Source: a virus (taxonomy: Duplodnaviria > Caudoviricetes). From it: a DNA stretch of 64,000 nucleotides. Within the stretch, counting starts at the first letter, position 1. The number at the start of each line of letters is the position of its first letter. The stretch covers positions 14,597 through 78,596 of IMG/VR virus record IMGVR_UViG_3300037797_000133; one strand, written 5' to 3'. The notes under the pieces were generated by a model. It had not been told where the DNA came from. It made no database searches and saw only the letters and a list, made by a program, of their open reading frames with translations. Shown piece by piece: positions 62,009 to 64,000 of the stretch. The position numbers were made by a program, and so were the translations under genes.

Positions 62009-62960
62009 AGCCACCGCCCGCGCCGAAGCGAAGCGCCTCGCCGAGCACCTGCGGAACCGCGGCATCACAACGTCGATCGAGCTCCAGAAGGGCCGAGGCG
62101 ACTGGCACGTCCCGAAGTACCTGGTGCTGAACCACCACACGGCGTCGTACAACCCGAAGGCGGGCGGCAACCTGACGCCGGCACTGGGCATCTGCAAGAC
62201 CGGGCGCCCCGACGTCACCGGCCCGTTGTGCAACGGCTACGGCGGCTACGACGGCGTGTTCCGCATCATCACGATGGGCCTCGCCAACCACCCCGGACAG
62301 GGCGGACCGATCGTCGTCGATGGCGTCCGCGTCCCGAAGGACTCGGCTCGACCCGCCACGTTCGGGATCGAGTGGGAGGGCGGCTACCACACCTGGACGG
62401 CTGACGAACGGGCCTGGATGGCCCGAGTGAACGTCGCTCTCCTCGAGTTCTACGGCCGCCCCGTGACGTCCCAGCTGGAGCACAGCACCTGGACGAAACG
62501 CAAGGTCGACCGCAAGGACATCACCCGAGACATCGCCATCGCTGACGCCCGCCGCGTCGGCTCGACCCTGGAGAAGGACATGCCTCTCGACGCCGCCGAC
62601 AAGGACTGGCTCCGCAAGCTCGTCATGGACTCCGAGGCCAGGCAGAACACGCTGCTGTCCTCGGTGATCGCCTCCCAGCGGGCCGGCGTCCCGGTCCTGG
62701 TGAAGGGCAACGGCGTCTACGCCGACAGCCGCACCCCCGACCCGAACCACGTGGCGAAGTGGTGGGCCGTCGACGCCGACGGCGCCGAGCACATCCAGAA
62801 CCGCGACCGGGCCAACACCCTGATCGCCTCGAAGCTCCTCGTCGCCGACGCCACGAACCAGCCGTTCGTGTGGTCGCAGGACCAGGTCGACGCCCAGCTC
62901 GACGAGGACCAGCTCCCCGAGGCCGACGACGAGCCCGAGACACCGGCCCCCACCGGGTGA
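61998..62960 (+). CDS. endolysin, N-acetylmuramoyl-L-alanine amidase (Amidase_2)
   Basis: VLNHHTAS, ANHPG.G, FGIEW, EH..W..RKVD. Confidence 0.9.
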   Translation: MAGEATARAEAKRLAEHLRNRGITTSIELQKGRGDWHVPKYLVLNHHTASYNPKAGGNLTPALGICKTGRPDVTGPLCNGYGGYDGVFRIITMGLANHPGQGGPIVVDGVRVPKDSARPATFGIEWEGGYHTWTADERAWMARVNVALLEFYGRPVTSQLEHSTWTKRKVDRKDITRDIAIADARRVGSTLEKDMPLDAADKDWLRKLVMDSEARQNTLLSSVIASQRAGVPVLVKGNGVYADSRTPDPNHVAKWWAVDADGAEHIQNRDRANTLIASKLLVADATNQPFVWSQDQVDAQLDEDQLPEADDEPETPAPTG

Positions 62961-62971
62961 CGCAGGTCTAG

Positions 62972-63346
62972 GTGACGGCAGCCCTGCCATGGCCCTTGCT
63001 CACCTCCTGGTTCTGGGCGCAGACCACCGGCGACTCGGCGTTCCCGTGGGCCGAGTACGGGCTCGCCGGGGCCTGCCTCGCCGCCGTCGCCGTCTTCGCC
63101 AACCGCTCCATCGTCCGAGAGCGCGAGCAGCACGACGTGATCGTGGACTCGCTGCGCGCCGAGCTCACCGCGGAACGGGCCCGGCACGACAAGGACGAAG
63201 CCCGGATCATCGCTCAGCGCGACTCGATGATCGACGACTTCTTCCGGGCCGCGTTGCCGCTGCTGTCCCGCACCGCCGAGGTGCTCGAGAAGGTGCTGTA
63301 CGTCCTGGAGCGGGTGGACGGCGAGCGGGGGAGGGGCGAGCGGTGA
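62972..63346 (+). CDS. holin-like membrane protein
   Basis: TM EYGLAGACLAAVAVFA plus coiled coil, after the endolysin. Confidence 0.6.
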   Translation: MTAALPWPLLTSWFWAQTTGDSAFPWAEYGLAGACLAAVAVFANRSIVREREQHDVIVDSLRAELTAERARHDKDEARIIAQRDSMIDDFFRAALPLLSRTAEVLEKVLYVLERVDGERGRGER

Positions 63347-63504
63347 ACACCGACCCGAACTCGAACGAGCTGCGCGCAGCAGAGGCGGTCGCCTCCCTGA
63401 AAGTGCAGCTCAACGTGCTGGTCCAGGAGGTCTCGTCCGTCCTGGACCGGATCGAGAACGCCGCGGCGCGGCTATTGGAAGAGGCGAACCATGGACCCGA
63501 GTGA
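63343..63504 (+). CDS. small coiled-coil protein
   Basis: GTGA coupling in the lysis cassette. Confidence 0.55.
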   Translation: MNTDPNSNELRAAEAVASLKVQLNVLVQEVSSVLDRIENAAARLLEEANHGPE

Positions 63505-64000
63505 CCCCCGCCCGAGCGACGCTCACGGCGATCTCGTCGAGCTGATCGACTCGCTGATCGACGCGGTGCGGGACATGCGCGACACGGCGGAGGGGATCTC
63601 GTCGCGGTTGCGCACGTCCCGGTACGTGCAGCTGGCGCTCGCCGTCACCATGGTCCTGGTGGTCGTGTTGGGCCTGGCCGCCTGGCGGAGCGTTGAACGG
63701 GACTCGGCGGCGACGGCACGGGCAGAGGTGCGCAGCTGCCGCGACGCGATCGAAGGCCGGGCGGATCTCCGCGACGCGGTCGCCGGGGTCGTCGAGATCG
63801 TCATCGGGGTCACGGACAACCCGGCGGCGTTGCAGCCGCTCCTCGAGAACGTCCGCACCTATCTGGCGACCCAGTACCCGGAGCCGGGGTGCGCTGCCCG
63901 CCTCGGTCTCGACACGCCGACCACGACGGTGTCGACCACGACGGTCCCGCCGGCGGCGCCGGCCACCCCCACCCCGGCCCCCACGCCCACCACCACGGAG
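63491..64000 (+). CDS. single-TM membrane protein with Pro/Thr tail (partial, runs off window)
   Basis: Read manually from ATG 63491; TM LALAVTMVLVVVLGLAAW. Confidence 0.6.
   Translation, partial: MDPSDPRPSDAHGDLVELIDSLIDAVRDMRDTAEGISSRLRTSRYVQLALAVTMVLVVVLGLAAWRSVERDSAATARAEVRSCRDAIEGRADLRDAVAGVVEIVIGVTDNPAALQPLLENVRTYLATQYPEPGCAARLGLDTPTTTVSTTTVPPAAPATPTPAPTPTTTE

Larger units (their letters stand above)
1..64000. mobile_element. temperate actinobacterial siphovirus genome (serine integrase), apparently non-integrated form
   Basis: Complete packaging, head, tail, lysis and lysogeny modules; no host genes recognised. Confidence 0.9.

Overview
This is a high-GC (about 70% by eye) actinobacterial temperate siphovirus genome filling essentially the whole window. 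No host housekeeping genes, tRNA, rRNA or CRISPR array were seen. Order: (1-4.75 kb, +) small membrane genes, a DUF2637-type protein and a Streptomyces-TraB-like FtsK translocase followed by clt-like repeats; (4.8-10.7 kb, -) leftward early operon of tiny genes including a secreted metzincin; (10.8-13.4 kb) large serine integrase, a small coiled-coil gene and a paralogous CI/Cro pair; (13.4-29.8 kb, +) rightward early genes (Cas4-like exonuclease, phiC31 gp3-like RDF, replication initiator and loader, methyltransferases); (29.8-64 kb, +) terminase, portal, head, two fibre modules inside the head cluster, tail, tape measure and lysis. Phage genes flank the integrase on both sides, which suggests the non-integrated (attP) form. 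Strongest leads: a conjugative dsDNA-transfer module in a complete tailed phage; a methyltransferase locus saturated with GAGCTC/CTCGAG sites; a small protein copying the repressor's C-terminal coiled coil; and several recurring regulatory motifs (CTGCATCC late promoters, TGC-N3-AACA leader hairpins, a duplicated promoter/operator). All family assignments come from motif recognition by eye. No database searches were run.
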